A stretch of DNA of 64,000 bases, from positions 576,001 to 640,000 of the forward strand of contig CBDBLO010000002.1 in NCBI GenBank assembly GCA_965207075.1, in the 5' to 3' direction. The position numbers were made by a program, and so were the translations under genes. Positions within the stretch are counted from its first letter, which is position 1. Every line of letters starts with the position of its first letter. The notes beneath the pieces are model-generated. The model saw only the letters and a list, made by a program, of their open reading frames with translations. It was not told where the DNA came from and did no database searches. Source of the stretch: Nitrosopumilus sp. GTDB lineage: Archaea > Thermoproteota > Nitrososphaeria > Nitrososphaerales > Nitrosopumilaceae. Shown here piece by piece: positions 19,001-28,679 of this stretch.

Positions 19001-20652
19001 TCGGGGTCGAGTCCCGGAAGCAGCGTCCCGTTGACCGCCCCTAGCGCCTCGTCCCAGTGCGACGTCAGCGTGTCGTTCATTATGGCAAATACGTCCAGCA
19101 CCCTCGCCCCGGCAGTCCCCGCCGTATAATCGGCCGTCCCGTCCCCGTCTGAGTCGTACGTGAGAAACTCCCCGCCGCTTCCAAGGACGATGGGGCGCTC
19201 GTCTGTAAAGTCAAAGTCCAGTTCTAGGGTGCCCTGCCCGCGGGTATAGTCCTGCCACGAGGTGCTCATGTCCGGTATTATGGTGTCATACACGCCCGGC
19301 AGGGAGGAGTCGACCACCAGGATCGGCACCACCTGGACCCTGGCAGGCTGTCCGTCCCCGAGTCCCGGCGCGCCCATCTGGAATATCGCGCCCAGCCTGT
19401 ACGCGCCGCTCTGCGAGCGTATGTAGTCCCTGTCGTCGAGTCCTATCCGCATGTCATGCTCAAGCGTCCCGTTCAGTACGGGGGCGCTTCCGATCTGCGG
19501 GTAGAGCGAGTTGTACACAGGTATGGTGGTTCCCCTGCCGCCCCGTTCTATGTCCAGATAGACGCCGCCGTCTTCGGCCACGTACACGACAGAGTCAAAC
19601 CCCTCCGGGACTTCCCCTGTATGGCTCCTGATCGTACCGCTGTCCGATATGCTCGCATAAAACGTGCTGTTGGTTATGACTATTCCCTGCCCGTCGGGGT
19701 CGAGCATGACGGGATGGTTTGTGGTGGGATCCCTTGCAAGTGCGTGCTGAATGTCGGGGTTTGAAAAGTCCACGCCCGTATCCACGATGGCGATGGTAAC
19801 GCCGCTGCCCGTGGCGCCGTATTTCTCGGCGATGCCGACACCGCCCCCTCCGCTGGCTCCGAGCCCCACTATGTCGAGTATGCCAGTTGCGTCCCCGCTG
19901 CCGGCCCCGCCGGAGCCGGATGCAACGTGTAGGTGCGGGGCTTCATTGAAGCCTGGCATGCCCGCGGGGGAACCTGCCGGGGCGGCGGGCGGCGCGTGCA
20001 AGTCAAGCGGCCTGTCGGGGATTACCACGAACCCCCTTGAGGAGAGATCGGATGCGGACTCGGGGTGCAGTGTGGCAACCGTGAAAAATCCGCCGCCGGA
20101 CCGCCGGACCGCGTCGTCCTGAAGCGTGCGGGGTTGGGCGGGGGACGGCGATGACGGCGATGAGTGCGCCAACGGTGATGCGGATGACGCGGCATTGCCG
20201 CGATCCGCCCAGCTTCCGCCGCCAAAGACTAGATAGCGTCGGCTGTCCCCGTCCGCCCAGCTTCCGCCGGCGTTGTCATCAAGGGATCCGGGGCCAAACC
20301 TGATAATTGCAGAGTCGTGAGTCCCGCGATATGCGTGGGTTCCCACGGCGTCCGAGCCTTGCCAAAGCCACCCGGGTGGCTCCTCTGAGAAGATGCTCCA
20401 TGACGGCGCCGGGGACGATGCGGCAGCCGTCTTGTATGTGGACGCGTCGTACGCGGGTGATGTGGCAAGGGCCGGGCCGGCGGCCAGGCCCGTCCCGTAC
20501 GCCGCCCATGGATCGTATGCGCCAAGGGGCTCCAGACCCTGCATCAGTCCGGGTATTGCAGTCGCCGCCACTGCTACACCCGACATAACCACCAGCGCGG
20601 CCACGGTGGCGCAGGCTGCCGCGGCGCCTGTGCGGTAGCCTCGTGCAGTCAT
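16009..20652 (-). CDS. Large membrane-anchored subtilisin-like S8 serine peptidase
   Basis: IVDTGVD, GHGT, SAGNSG, GGTSMA catalytic motifs; N-terminal signal and C-terminal TM. Confidence 0.92.
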   Translation of the reverse strand: MTARGYRTGAAAACATVAALVVMSGVAVAATAIPGLMQGLEPLGAYDPWAAYGTGLAAGPALATSPAYDASTYKTAAASSPAPSWSIFSEEPPGWLWQGSDAVGTHAYRGTHDSAIIRFGPGSLDDNAGGSWADGDSRRYLVFGGGSWADRGNAASSASPLAHSSPSSPSPAQPRTLQDDAVRRSGGGFFTVATLHPESASDLSSRGFVVIPDRPLDLHAPPAAPAGSPAGMPGFNEAPHLHVASGSGGAGSGDATGILDIVGLGASGGGGVGIAEKYGATGSGVTIAIVDTGVDFSNPDIQHALARDPTTNHPVMLDPDGQGIVITNSTFYASISDSGTIRSHTGEVPEGFDSVVYVAEDGGVYLDIERGGRGTTIPVYNSLYPQIGSAPVLNGTLEHDMRIGLDDRDYIRSQSGAYRLGAIFQMGAPGLGDGQPARVQVVPILVVDSSLPGVYDTIIPDMSTSWQDYTRGQGTLELDFDFTDERPIVLGSGGEFLTYDSDGDGTADYTAGTAGARVLDVFAIMNDTLTSHWDEALGAVNGTLLPGLDPDGRFFGVMSDYRGHGTASSATIVSAGKMTYDIYNDTGSYVIGGVAPDARILPVKALWLGDALYGWLWAAGFDNEGSAWSYSGAPRADIISNSWGISTFPNVGAAPGHDMLSLVVDMLSVPRSFDDSYPGVVVVSSAGNSGHGYGTLGTPGASSFGISAGASTNNVFVGYGPFKDQPRFGGSGGGGGGGEDNGTGKTDHAPRSYHRGHVVDFSGRGPGIIGDVRPDMISVGAYGFVPRSMMGASQNADTRDPFTLFGGTSMAGPAIAGAAAVVMSEMTENQMDYDPFVIKNILMSTARDMGNDPFVQGAGLADAGAALRFVHKEGGIFVVHNDDSYQNIRDILRPAISSSNITDTGIGKFDLPDRDIPMTAWFAGHLQPGSRATATFTIENPGPDAVDVSISPQKMSLVGHASLNGTTVPRQQDPVLNNTDAYIPNYVRLADVRPDEGLAGLFGDGRTIPADASLLVLSVNFAFSDFMNTSADVYADDIGIASLYLYDWVDRDGDLEITSDELLLVTRGGSWGTTQEIRVSDPADKFEGVPMAGIYPVPLRYSYWVGPNGANATALDYTVSANYYAREKWEDVWPAQPSVSVPPQDSRQVDVTLIMPGDADAGIHHGFVAFEGDHHAANVPVSFAVTPVIQDVGSRIVFGGGGAPANASGSGAAEASLPYPDVTYSNGHTRGAFDMVGRYMAGDWRHHHFEVADPAISAASVRISWESDDTSVSAFVADPAGRIIQTNVPSGVFGHFLDWPSVDWLGRTPFSEGGGFYPVSGGAEGATSTFMTVPINGTGTYAIMTHTTLYGGDSVTEPVGIEVRFYGGGVGDEGDRYGDNGARHDTGSSGLGTGAGPMDPADGADSGDNYSHDPDAAQKDTTKDGAAADGGAAPAPAPTPESAAPDTQLPAADDTTQPAVGSLSAVTAGEAGPGFGTGAVAGLVAGAAITAAVFIVIKRTRPASVGPAPPGADVAGAVHGNGNDNRRSGHTDCDGDDDNRNARYGAL

Positions 20653-20692
20653 ACAGATGATACCTCATACGGGCATTATAACCGTGAGTCGA

Positions 20693-21745
20693 TCACCTGC
20701 GGCGTGCAAGTATTGCAATCTGGAGCGCCACGATGATGCCAATCGAGGCTATAATCGGAAACAGGAGCGAGTTGAGCTGCGAGGATGCCTCGCTTATAAA
20801 GGCCACCGACGTGGATATGGTTCCCGTACTCTCGTCTATCTTGCTGCTTGCCTGGTCAAGCGTCGAGTCGAACCCCTCTATCTCGGACTTTAGCACGTCG
20901 AGCTCCTCGGAGGTCTCGTCTAGGATCCTGTTGAGTGAGATTATCTGCTCTGAGATTCCGCCCAGATCCTGGCTCAGTACGTTGGTGGCGGCCGAGCCGT
21001 GCGACGTGGTCCCGCGGTTGAAGGCCACCACGTGGAATATGTGCGTGCCCTCTTCTATCGGAACGTATTCTACAAAGTACAGGCCCTGGTGCAGCGTCTC
21101 AAACGATTCGGTAAGCGGCACGTATGCGCCAGACGGCAGGTGCACGTGCGTGCTCGCCAATAGCTCCGACGGGTCGTTTCCGATGAGCAGCCCGTCACTG
21201 GTGGTCTGCACGAACACCCGGAACGGCTGGTTGATGGCGGCCGTCTCCGGCGCAAAGACCAGCGTGTTGATGTAGCGCTCCACCGGCACGTCGACTAGAT
21301 CAGACGTCGAGGAGAATCTCACGTCTATTATGCGCGACGCGCCGTTCTGTGCCGTGCTGATGGCCTCCACCGCGTACGTCCCGTATGAAAAGCTGGAGGA
21401 CGGCTGCGGCCAGATCAGCAGATCATAGTTAAACGCGCCGTCCGGATCGGTGGTAATCTGATCGAACTTTGCAATGGAACCGTCCGGTGCAAAGAGGCGC
21501 ACGATGAGGGTCTCCTCTGGAAGCCCTATGCCGTACACCTGGAGCTTGTGGTCTGGTGCGTACACCTTGCTGTTCGTGTAAAACTCAAGGTGTTCGCCGT
21601 CTTGCTGCTGCTGTTGCGCATACGCGCCTTCGCCACCAGGCGCAGCCGCGACCATGCCGCCGGCTGCCGCAAGCAGCGCCAGAACGACGACAGACACTAC
21701 CGCGCGATGGTCGATTCCGGCGGCCTGTCCGACGCTCCCTTGCAT
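20693..21745 (-). CDS. Conserved secreted/membrane protein with C-terminal coiled coil and TM anchor
   Basis: 350 aa; signal peptide ending AYA, heptad region, C-terminal hydrophobic helix plus RRR. Confidence 0.8.
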   Translation of the reverse strand: MQGSVGQAAGIDHRAVVSVVVLALLAAAGGMVAAAPGGEGAYAQQQQQDGEHLEFYTNSKVYAPDHKLQVYGIGLPEETLIVRLFAPDGSIAKFDQITTDPDGAFNYDLLIWPQPSSSFSYGTYAVEAISTAQNGASRIIDVRFSSTSDLVDVPVERYINTLVFAPETAAINQPFRVFVQTTSDGLLIGNDPSELLASTHVHLPSGAYVPLTESFETLHQGLYFVEYVPIEEGTHIFHVVAFNRGTTSHGSAATNVLSQDLGGISEQIISLNRILDETSEELDVLKSEIEGFDSTLDQASSKIDESTGTISTSVAFISEASSQLNSLLFPIIASIGIIVALQIAILARRR

Positions 21746-21855
21746 TTCTTCACTGTGGCAATCTCCTAGATATTGTTTCGTAATCGGTGGCGTATCCTAA
21801 TCGGCCCAGCAGTGCCGTATGGCATGGCACGCCTCGGTGCGTCACGCACAGGGGC

Positions 21856-22038
21856 CTAGCGCCTTCGCCTTCTCTGGCCCGGCTTGTTCTGGCCCGGAAA
21901 TCTCCCAAGGACAAACCGCTTCCTAAAGTTGCTCTTGTTGCGGAGGCTGGAGCTTGTTCCAACAATCTTGCGGCCCTCCACCTTGGGGGTCTGGCCGCGG
22001 ACCTTGCCTGCCTTTGTGAGCGAACCGTGAGTTGCCAT
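21856..22038 (-). CDS. rps30e: 30S ribosomal protein S30e
   Basis: HGSLTKAGKVRGQTPKV. Confidence 0.96.
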   Translation of the reverse strand: MATHGSLTKAGKVRGQTPKVEGRKIVGTSSSLRNKSNFRKRFVLGRFPGQNKPGQRRRRR

Positions 22039-22334
22039 GAAAGGACGGGCCCTTCTACAAATTTATGTATTTGCAAGCCGTCAATGTCTGGATTCGCCTG
22101 TCCGTGAAAACATCAAAAATCCCGCACAGATCCTGACGCTTCGATCAGGCCCGGGCAGGGGTGCGGAATTCGTGCCATCTGACGTATGAGTTCACGCCCT
22201 CCTGCAATCTGGCCATTCTGATTGGAGGAGCCTGCAGCAGCGCCGCCGGCCCGCGCCCAAGGGAAGGGCAGGGCAGGGCAGGGCCCAAAAGAGGCTGCAA
22301 GAATGCATAAGCGCCACGTCCCGCGCGCACGAAG

Positions 22335-24059
22335 CTACCAGTACTTTGCCTTTATCTGTTCTATCACGCGCTCGTGGTCGCGGCTCTTTTTGCGCGCGTA
22401 CCGTTCCATGGCGCCCAGCGGCACGCCGCCAAGCGACCTTGCAAGCATGTTGAAAAAGTACCTCTGCGGCCCCGCGGAGCCCGTCTTGTTCATGAATTTC
22501 TGTATGCCGTACTTGAAGTTGTGCTGCCACGTCTTGTACAGCACGCCGAGCTGCGCGGGAAGCATCTCGTTTCCGATGTTGAAAAAGTCAGACTTTTCAA
22601 GCAGTCCTATCGGCACGAACGTCAGCGCCGTCGTCGTAAACATGGAGTTTGGCTGCTCGCGCTCAAGGTCGCTTAGCAGCTCGATTGTCTCCCACGAGTC
22701 CTCCGGCGTCTCGTCGTTGTCAAGCCCCATTATCAGCGTGAACGCGGGAACCCAGTAGTACTCGTTGAGCGTCTTGACCCCCTCCTTGACGACCCAGTGC
22801 CACTCGCTTGGCGAGTACGGGGCGAGCTTGCGGTCCGCATACTTGTCAATGAGCCGCAGGCTGCCGGTCTCAAAGCCGGCCTGCACGCCGATCATGTTGT
22901 CGGGGCCCGCGCGTATTATCTTTGATATGTTCGGGATGAGCCGCTCGTCGGCGATTGCCCCGGCCAGGGTGCCGTGCGTCGGGTTGGTGTGCGGCACGCC
23001 CGTCGACATTACGGCGGTGAAGAGCTCCTCGAGCGCCTCCCGGTTGGGCTCCATGCCCTTTGACGTGCGGGGATCCATGCCGTAAACGAATATGTCGTCG
23101 CTGTGAATCCAGGCCGACTTTGCGTTGCCCTTTTTCATGTTGACCTCGATCTCCTTTTTGACCTTTTCAGGCGGGTAGTACCTGAGCGACCGGAGCGTCA
23201 CGTCGCAGAACTTGCACCCCCGGCCGCAACCGCGCATGACCTCGACCATCCCGTGTATGCTCGGTTCCACGATCTCCGGTATCTCCTCGAGGTCGGGCCT
23301 GTCCCAAAAGTTGACGAACCTGCCGTAGATCTTTTCGCCGTGGCGCTCAAACTCCTTTATGTTCACCTTGAAGTCGCTTCTCTTGCGGAACGGATCCATG
23401 TTCTCAAAGTCACCTTTGATCAGATAATTGAAGAAGCGCCCGGCGTGCCCGTCAATCTCGGGCGCGATGCCGCCCAGCTCGCCCTCCAGTATCGCGTATA
23501 TTCCGAACTCTTCTATCTTTTCGGGATCATAATTGTACTGCCACGTGCCGGACGCGCCGGAGATTACCTTTGCCTTTGATCCGGTTCTCTCCTTTGCGGC
23601 CTTTATGCGCCTGTGCAGCTCCGCGTTGTAGTACTCGTCGTAGGATATCTGCTTGCGCCCGTACGTGAATGTCATTGTGACGGGCCCCATTCCGAGCGGG
23701 TCCATCTCGTAGGTGCCTATTGCAAGCGTCTCCGGCCCGATGAACTTTTCAATGTGATCCGGATGGGCCACCACCACGTCCTCCCTTGCAAAGCCGTCCC
23801 TGAGAAGCCCCGCCTCAAGCTTTCGCAGCCCGTACGGGGCGTAGTCTGCAACGCCGTTGGTGTGCGGTATGTAGTTGCAGATAAAGTCAAACAGGATCTT
23901 CGGCGTGACCTGGTTTCCCAGTATGCGGTACAGAAAGCTCTTCTTGTCGCGGTAGGGGTCTATCGCGGGGGCGCAGCCAAAGAACGAGGCGAGAGAGAGT
24001 CCCCTGTAGATGGACATCAGTGTACGATCCGCGGTAAGCACGATCTTGGGGCTGGGCAA
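22335..24059 (-). CDS. Radical SAM protein (B12-binding-like N-terminal domain)
   Basis: EVMRGCGRGCKFC CxxxCxxC; APYGLRKLEA. Confidence 0.9.
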   Translation of the reverse strand: MPSPKIVLTADRTLMSIYRGLSLASFFGCAPAIDPYRDKKSFLYRILGNQVTPKILFDFICNYIPHTNGVADYAPYGLRKLEAGLLRDGFAREDVVVAHPDHIEKFIGPETLAIGTYEMDPLGMGPVTMTFTYGRKQISYDEYYNAELHRRIKAAKERTGSKAKVISGASGTWQYNYDPEKIEEFGIYAILEGELGGIAPEIDGHAGRFFNYLIKGDFENMDPFRKRSDFKVNIKEFERHGEKIYGRFVNFWDRPDLEEIPEIVEPSIHGMVEVMRGCGRGCKFCDVTLRSLRYYPPEKVKKEIEVNMKKGNAKSAWIHSDDIFVYGMDPRTSKGMEPNREALEELFTAVMSTGVPHTNPTHGTLAGAIADERLIPNISKIIRAGPDNMIGVQAGFETGSLRLIDKYADRKLAPYSPSEWHWVVKEGVKTLNEYYWVPAFTLIMGLDNDETPEDSWETIELLSDLEREQPNSMFTTTALTFVPIGLLEKSDFFNIGNEMLPAQLGVLYKTWQHNFKYGIQKFMNKTGSAGPQRYFFNMLARSLGGVPLGAMERYARKKSRDHERVIEQIKAKYW

Positions 24060-24211
24060 ATCAGCTTTCTGCCCCCTTTGATTTGTTTTAAACCTTGCTA
24101 GCTATAAAAAGGCCGGAGCCCGCCGCGCGTGCGGCGCGGCGCGTGCCTGCGCAGGGACGGGGGAGAGTAGGAGGAGGCGGAGAAGAAGAAGAAGGAAAAA
24201 GGCCAGACGCA

Positions 24212-25063
24212 TCATGGAGGCGGCCAGCGGGCGGTCACTCCGGACTTGTCCCTGTATGTGTGGCCGAACTCGGGGTTTGCGCGCAGCAGGTGGTCGGCGT
24301 CAAACACGGTGCCGTCCCGGCATACCACGTCGGGGCCCGCCACGCAGCTGCCGCATATGCCTGCGCCGCACTTCATCACGCGCTCAAGGCTGGCCTGGGC
24401 AAAGATGCCGCCTCTGTGGGCGTACTGCATCACCTTGTACATCATGGGTTCCGGCCCGCACGTGTACACAGCGTCAAAGCTGCCGTCCCCGTCCCCGGCG
24501 AGCATGCCGTCCACCACGTCCGTGACCAGTCCCTTGGTGCCGCGCGTGCCGTCGTCGGTGCACACCACGACGCGGCCGCCGGGGCACGCAGATAGCATCC
24601 CGGACGCTGCGTCTTCAAAGAAGACCTCCGACTCGGTGCGGGCCCCCATCACCAAGGTGATTGTGCGGCTGCCGTTGCCGCTTGTACTCGCATGGGACGC
24701 GAGCCTCATAAGCGGCACGAGCCCCGTGCCCCCGCCGACCAGCAGGAGCCTTCCGTCGCGCACGTCAAACGAGTTTCCATAGGGGCCGCGGACGCCAATC
24801 TTGTCGCCCGGGCTCACGTTGTAAAGCGAGGTCGATGCAGGGCCGTGGCGCCTCACCGTAAATGCGGCGCGTCCCTCCCCCGGCGCAACCATCACGCTCA
24901 TCGGAAGCTCGTATGAGCCCGGCACCCACACCATTGCAAACTGTCCCGGCCTTGCAGACGCCATCACGTCGTCTGAGAACGCCAGGGTGCGCACGGTGGG
25001 GGTCTCGTCCGTCACATCCTCCACCGTCACCAGAAACGGATGGTCGCGCGTCCTATCTGGCAA
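24212..25063 (-). CDS. pyrK: Dihydroorotate dehydrogenase electron transfer subunit
   Basis: PGQFAMVW, RGPYG, GGGTG, TDDG, CGP, MKCGAGICGSC. Confidence 0.93.
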   Translation of the reverse strand: MPDRTRDHPFLVTVEDVTDETPTVRTLAFSDDVMASARPGQFAMVWVPGSYELPMSVMVAPGEGRAAFTVRRHGPASTSLYNVSPGDKIGVRGPYGNSFDVRDGRLLLVGGGTGLVPLMRLASHASTSGNGSRTITLVMGARTESEVFFEDAASGMLSACPGGRVVVCTDDGTRGTKGLVTDVVDGMLAGDGDGSFDAVYTCGPEPMMYKVMQYAHRGGIFAQASLERVMKCGAGICGSCVAGPDVVCRDGTVFDADHLLRANPEFGHTYRDKSGVTARWPPP

Positions 25064-25976
25064 GCCCTACCATCCCCCCTATGCTTGCGATGTCCTTGCG
25101 TTCCATATATGACGCGATCCCGCGGTTTATCTCCTCGAAGAGCCCGTAGCCGTGGCCGCCGAGCGCGCTGCCGATCTGCACCGCGGAGGCTCCTGCCAGG
25201 ATGAACTCCGCGGCGTCCTCCCACGTGGATATCCCGCCGCATCCCATTATCGGAATCTCGTAGCTGGACGCAATCTCGTAGACGCACCGCAGGGCGACCG
25301 GCTTTATAGGCGTCCCAGACAGGCCGCCGTACCCGTGGCTGAGGATGGGCGTCTGAGCCTCCGCGTCAATGGCAATCGATCGTATCGTGTTGATGGCGGT
25401 GACCGCGTCGGCCCCGGCGTCGGCCGCGGCGGACACTGTGTCAAGATAGTTTGACGATCCCAGCCCGACCTTTACTGCCACCGGCACGCCGGCCGCGGCC
25501 CCCTTTACGGCACGCACGATTCCGGCCACCAGCTCGGGGTCGTCCCCCACCTCGAGGCCCACCTTTTCAACGTGCGGACACGACATGTTGAGCTCGTATG
25601 CGGTTACCATGCAGCCGGAGAACTCGGATACCATGTCCACGAACTCCGACGCGACGGAGCCCACCATGCTGACCAACACGGGCACGCGGCTGTTCCCCCT
25701 TATCATGGGCGCAAAGTTGCGCGCCCCCGGGTTTGAGAGACCCACCGCGTTTATCCATCCCCCGCCTCCTAGTCCCACGACGGTCGGATTCGGGTATCCT
25801 TCCCACGGCTCGCGACTCAGCGACTTTGTCACGACGGCGCCGGCCCCCGCGTCGTACAGGCTCTCAAAGATGTCCATGGAGATGCCGAGTATGCCGGAGG
25901 CAAGCATGGCGGGCCTCTCGAGCCTGATGGGGCCTATCTCAGTCTGCAGGGAGGGGCTGTCGCTCACAACTGTCAT
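25053..25976 (-). CDS. pyrD: Dihydroorotate dehydrogenase catalytic subunit
   Basis: ASG, VTKS, NAVGLSNPG, ELNMSCPH, GGLSG; start set at MTVVSDS. Confidence 0.94.
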   Translation of the reverse strand: MTVVSDSPSLQTEIGPIRLERPAMLASGILGISMDIFESLYDAGAGAVVTKSLSREPWEGYPNPTVVGLGGGGWINAVGLSNPGARNFAPMIRGNSRVPVLVSMVGSVASEFVDMVSEFSGCMVTAYELNMSCPHVEKVGLEVGDDPELVAGIVRAVKGAAAGVPVAVKVGLGSSNYLDTVSAAADAGADAVTAINTIRSIAIDAEAQTPILSHGYGGLSGTPIKPVALRCVYEIASSYEIPIMGCGGISTWEDAAEFILAGASAVQIGSALGGHGYGLFEEINRGIASYMERKDIASIGGMVGLAR

Positions 25977-26196
25977 GCTATGTGCTTTGAATATAACGGT
26001 TAATTGGCCGCAATGTGGCCTGCCCGGCGCCCCGCGCCCCGCGCCCCGGCGCCCGGATCTGCGTGGCCGGATCGGCGCGTATCGGCACGTGATCTGCGGC
26101 AGGCGCGCGCAGCCATCGCGTGTCTGGCGCATCCCCGTTGCGCGCAGGCGGATCTGACGCGGCTCATAGTATCTTTTTAAGGGCCGCAAATACGTC

Positions 26197-27834
26197 ATGC
26201 GCATGGTCGGCCGGTACAGGGCGCTGCTCACCGAGCTTGGAATTATAATCGTAAGCGAGGAGGATGGCGCGGTTGCAAGGACCTTTGCCTTTGACGATCC
26301 CGTATCGGACTATCTGGAGATAAAGGAAGGCAGGGCGCCGCGGTCGTGCAGCGGCCTCGGGCCGTACCTGGAGTCCCTGAACACGGCGGTGTCCACCGGC
26401 GACGACGCCCTGCTTGGCGTGCTAAACAGGGCGCCAGTCGACGTCCAGGCGCTCAAGGGGCGGGAGGCCGAAGATGCCCGGGCCTCAAAACAGCAGATGA
26501 TCATATCGTCGGGGCTTGCGTCGGATGCAAGGGATGCCATCTCAAAGCTGAGGGATTTTGCCATGGGGCTGTCGTCATCAAAGGTGACCGAGGTATCCAG
26601 CAGCTCCGACCTGCACGTCATACAGGCCGTCAACTCACTTGACGAGATAGACAAGGTTGCCAACGCGCTCAGCTCCCGGACAAAGGAGTGGTACGGACTC
26701 CACTTTCCGGAGCTTGAGAACATGGTGGACAGCATAGAGGGGTACGCCCGCATAGTGCTGGCGGGCCGTCGCGACGGCTTGACGGCCGAGTCGTTTGAGG
26801 CGGCTGGCTTTCCAAGCGAGAAGACGGAGATGCTCCTTGTCGCCGCGTCAAACAGCAGGGGCGGCGAGATTACGGACCAGAGCCTTGAGATGGTGCAGAC
26901 CATGGCGGGGCAGCTGATCTCATTTTATGATCTGCGCAGGAAGCTGGAGGCACTGGTAGAAAAAGAGATGGGGGCCGTGGCGCCCAACCTGGCCGCAATA
27001 CTGGGCACCGCCCTGAGCGCAAGGATGCTTGCAAGAATCGGCAGCATAAAGAAGATGGCGTCTCTGCCCGCCAGCACGATACAGGTACTGGGGGCCGAGC
27101 GGGCCCTGTTCCGCTCGCTGAAGACCGGCTCCGAGCCGCCAAAGCACGGGCTGCTGTTCCAGCACCCCTTGGTGCACGCGGCGCCCCGGTGGCAGCGCGG
27201 CAAGATTGCGCGGGCAATAGCCGCAAAGGCCGTCATAGCGGCCCGGGTCGACGTATACAGCGAGGGCGGGGAGCTCAACAAGACGCTTCTGGAGAAGCTG
27301 AACGTAAGGATAGGCGAGATAGGCGAAAAGTTCCGCGAGCCGGTGGAGAGGGACGGCGGCGGCGGCGGTGGTGGTGGTGGAACGGCCCCGAGACAGGATT
27401 ACGGCCGCAGGAGTGGTGGCCGCTCAGGCAAGAGGAATAGTGGCGGCGGCAGTCGCGGAGGGGGAGGACGCCAGGAATGGTCCCGCAAGAGGGCCGAGGC
27501 GACAGAAGGGCGCGCGGCCCGAGGAGGGGGAGGAGGAGGACGAAAGGGCTCCCGGTATGGCCGTGACGATTATGGCAGTCGCCGGTGGGATGACGACAAT
27601 GCTGGTGGCAGTTATGCCGATGGTGGCGGTGATGATGGTAATTATGATGGCAACGACGGAGGCCGAGGCTACGGCCACGGCCGCTATCATGGCAGGGGCG
27701 GCAGCAGCAGCAGGAAGGATGGATCCGCAAAAACGACAAGGCAGGGCAGGTCAAAGCCGGCCGCGTCAAGATTCCGCGCAAACAAGCGCGGCAGGAAACC
27801 TGCGGACAGAAAGAAGGGAAAGAGGTTCCGGTAG
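26197..27834 (+). CDS. nop5: C/D box sRNP protein Nop5 with Gly/Arg-rich C-terminal tail
   Basis: EWYGLHFPEL, APNL, PASTIQVLGAE, PKHGLLFQHP, RGKIAR; next to fibrillarin. Confidence 0.94.
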   Translation: MRMVGRYRALLTELGIIIVSEEDGAVARTFAFDDPVSDYLEIKEGRAPRSCSGLGPYLESLNTAVSTGDDALLGVLNRAPVDVQALKGREAEDARASKQQMIISSGLASDARDAISKLRDFAMGLSSSKVTEVSSSSDLHVIQAVNSLDEIDKVANALSSRTKEWYGLHFPELENMVDSIEGYARIVLAGRRDGLTAESFEAAGFPSEKTEMLLVAASNSRGGEITDQSLEMVQTMAGQLISFYDLRRKLEALVEKEMGAVAPNLAAILGTALSARMLARIGSIKKMASLPASTIQVLGAERALFRSLKTGSEPPKHGLLFQHPLVHAAPRWQRGKIARAIAAKAVIAARVDVYSEGGELNKTLLEKLNVRIGEIGEKFREPVERDGGGGGGGGGTAPRQDYGRRSGGRSGKRNSGGGSRGGGGRQEWSRKRAEATEGRAARGGGGGGRKGSRYGRDDYGSRRWDDDNAGGSYADGGGDDGNYDGNDGGRGYGHGRYHGRGGSSSRKDGSAKTTRQGRSKPAASRFRANKRGRKPADRKKGKRFR

Positions 27835-27891
27835 TGCGGCCCCCCACGATCGTGCGCTTACGCCCGTCCGCGCGACGGCCTGCCTCTGCAC

Positions 27892-28623
27892 GTGGCGGCC
27901 GCCATACGTTCATACGCCGGACATCCAAGTGACAATCTGCGCATGGCCGCCTCAGAACCGTTCCCCCCGTTCATCCTGACAAAGTTCGAGGGCAGGGACA
28001 GGCCCGCCACGGAGAACCAGGTTCCAGGAAACAGGGTGTACGGCGAGAAGCTGCTCGTAAGAAAGAAGACCGAGTACCGCATATGGGATCCGTTCAGGTC
28101 CAAGCTAGCGGCCGCCGTCATGAACGGGCTTGAGACCTTTCCGTTTGGGAACGGGTCCCGGATACTGTACCTGGGCGTCTCGACTGGCACGACTGCAAGC
28201 CACATATCGGACATGATCGGGAAGTCGGGCGTCCTGTTTGGGATAGAACACGCAAGCAGAGTGGCCAGGGACTTTATGGACAGGGTGGCGTCGCGCAGGC
28301 CTAACATCATACCCGTCATGCAGGACGCGAGGATGCCGGGCGACTATTTTGCGGTGTTCGGCAAGGTGGACGTGGCATACGTCGATATTGCGCAGCCGGA
28401 CCAGACGGCCATAGCGATGGCTAACTGCAGGATGTTCCTAAAAAGGGACGGGTACCTGTTTCTTGTGATAAAGACGCGTAGCATAGACGTGATAAAGGAG
28501 CCGTGGGAGGTAATAAGGCAGGAGACTGAAAAGCTGAGCGGTGAGTTTGAGATAGTCGAGTCCATAAACCTGGAGCCGTACGACAAGGACCACGCAATGG
28601 TCGTCGCTAGGTATCCGGACTGA
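27892..28623 (+). CDS. flpA: Fibrillarin-like 2'-O-methyltransferase
   Basis: VYGEK, WDPFRSKLAA, GTTASHISD, DIAQPDQ, LEPYDKDH; start may be 27943. Confidence 0.95.
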   Translation: MAAAIRSYAGHPSDNLRMAASEPFPPFILTKFEGRDRPATENQVPGNRVYGEKLLVRKKTEYRIWDPFRSKLAAAVMNGLETFPFGNGSRILYLGVSTGTTASHISDMIGKSGVLFGIEHASRVARDFMDRVASRRPNIIPVMQDARMPGDYFAVFGKVDVAYVDIAQPDQTAIAMANCRMFLKRDGYLFLVIKTRSIDVIKEPWEVIRQETEKLSGEFEIVESINLEPYDKDHAMVVARYPD

Positions 28624-28679
28624 CGCGCGCCGCGGCGCCGGCGGACCGCGCGCCGGCGCTGCCGCTGCCGCCGCCACCG

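Noticed and set aside
26197-27834. Nop-domain protein as a TIGR-Tas or IS110-type RNA-guided system
   Set aside because: It is canonical Nop5 beside fibrillarin, with no repeat array or nuclease domain
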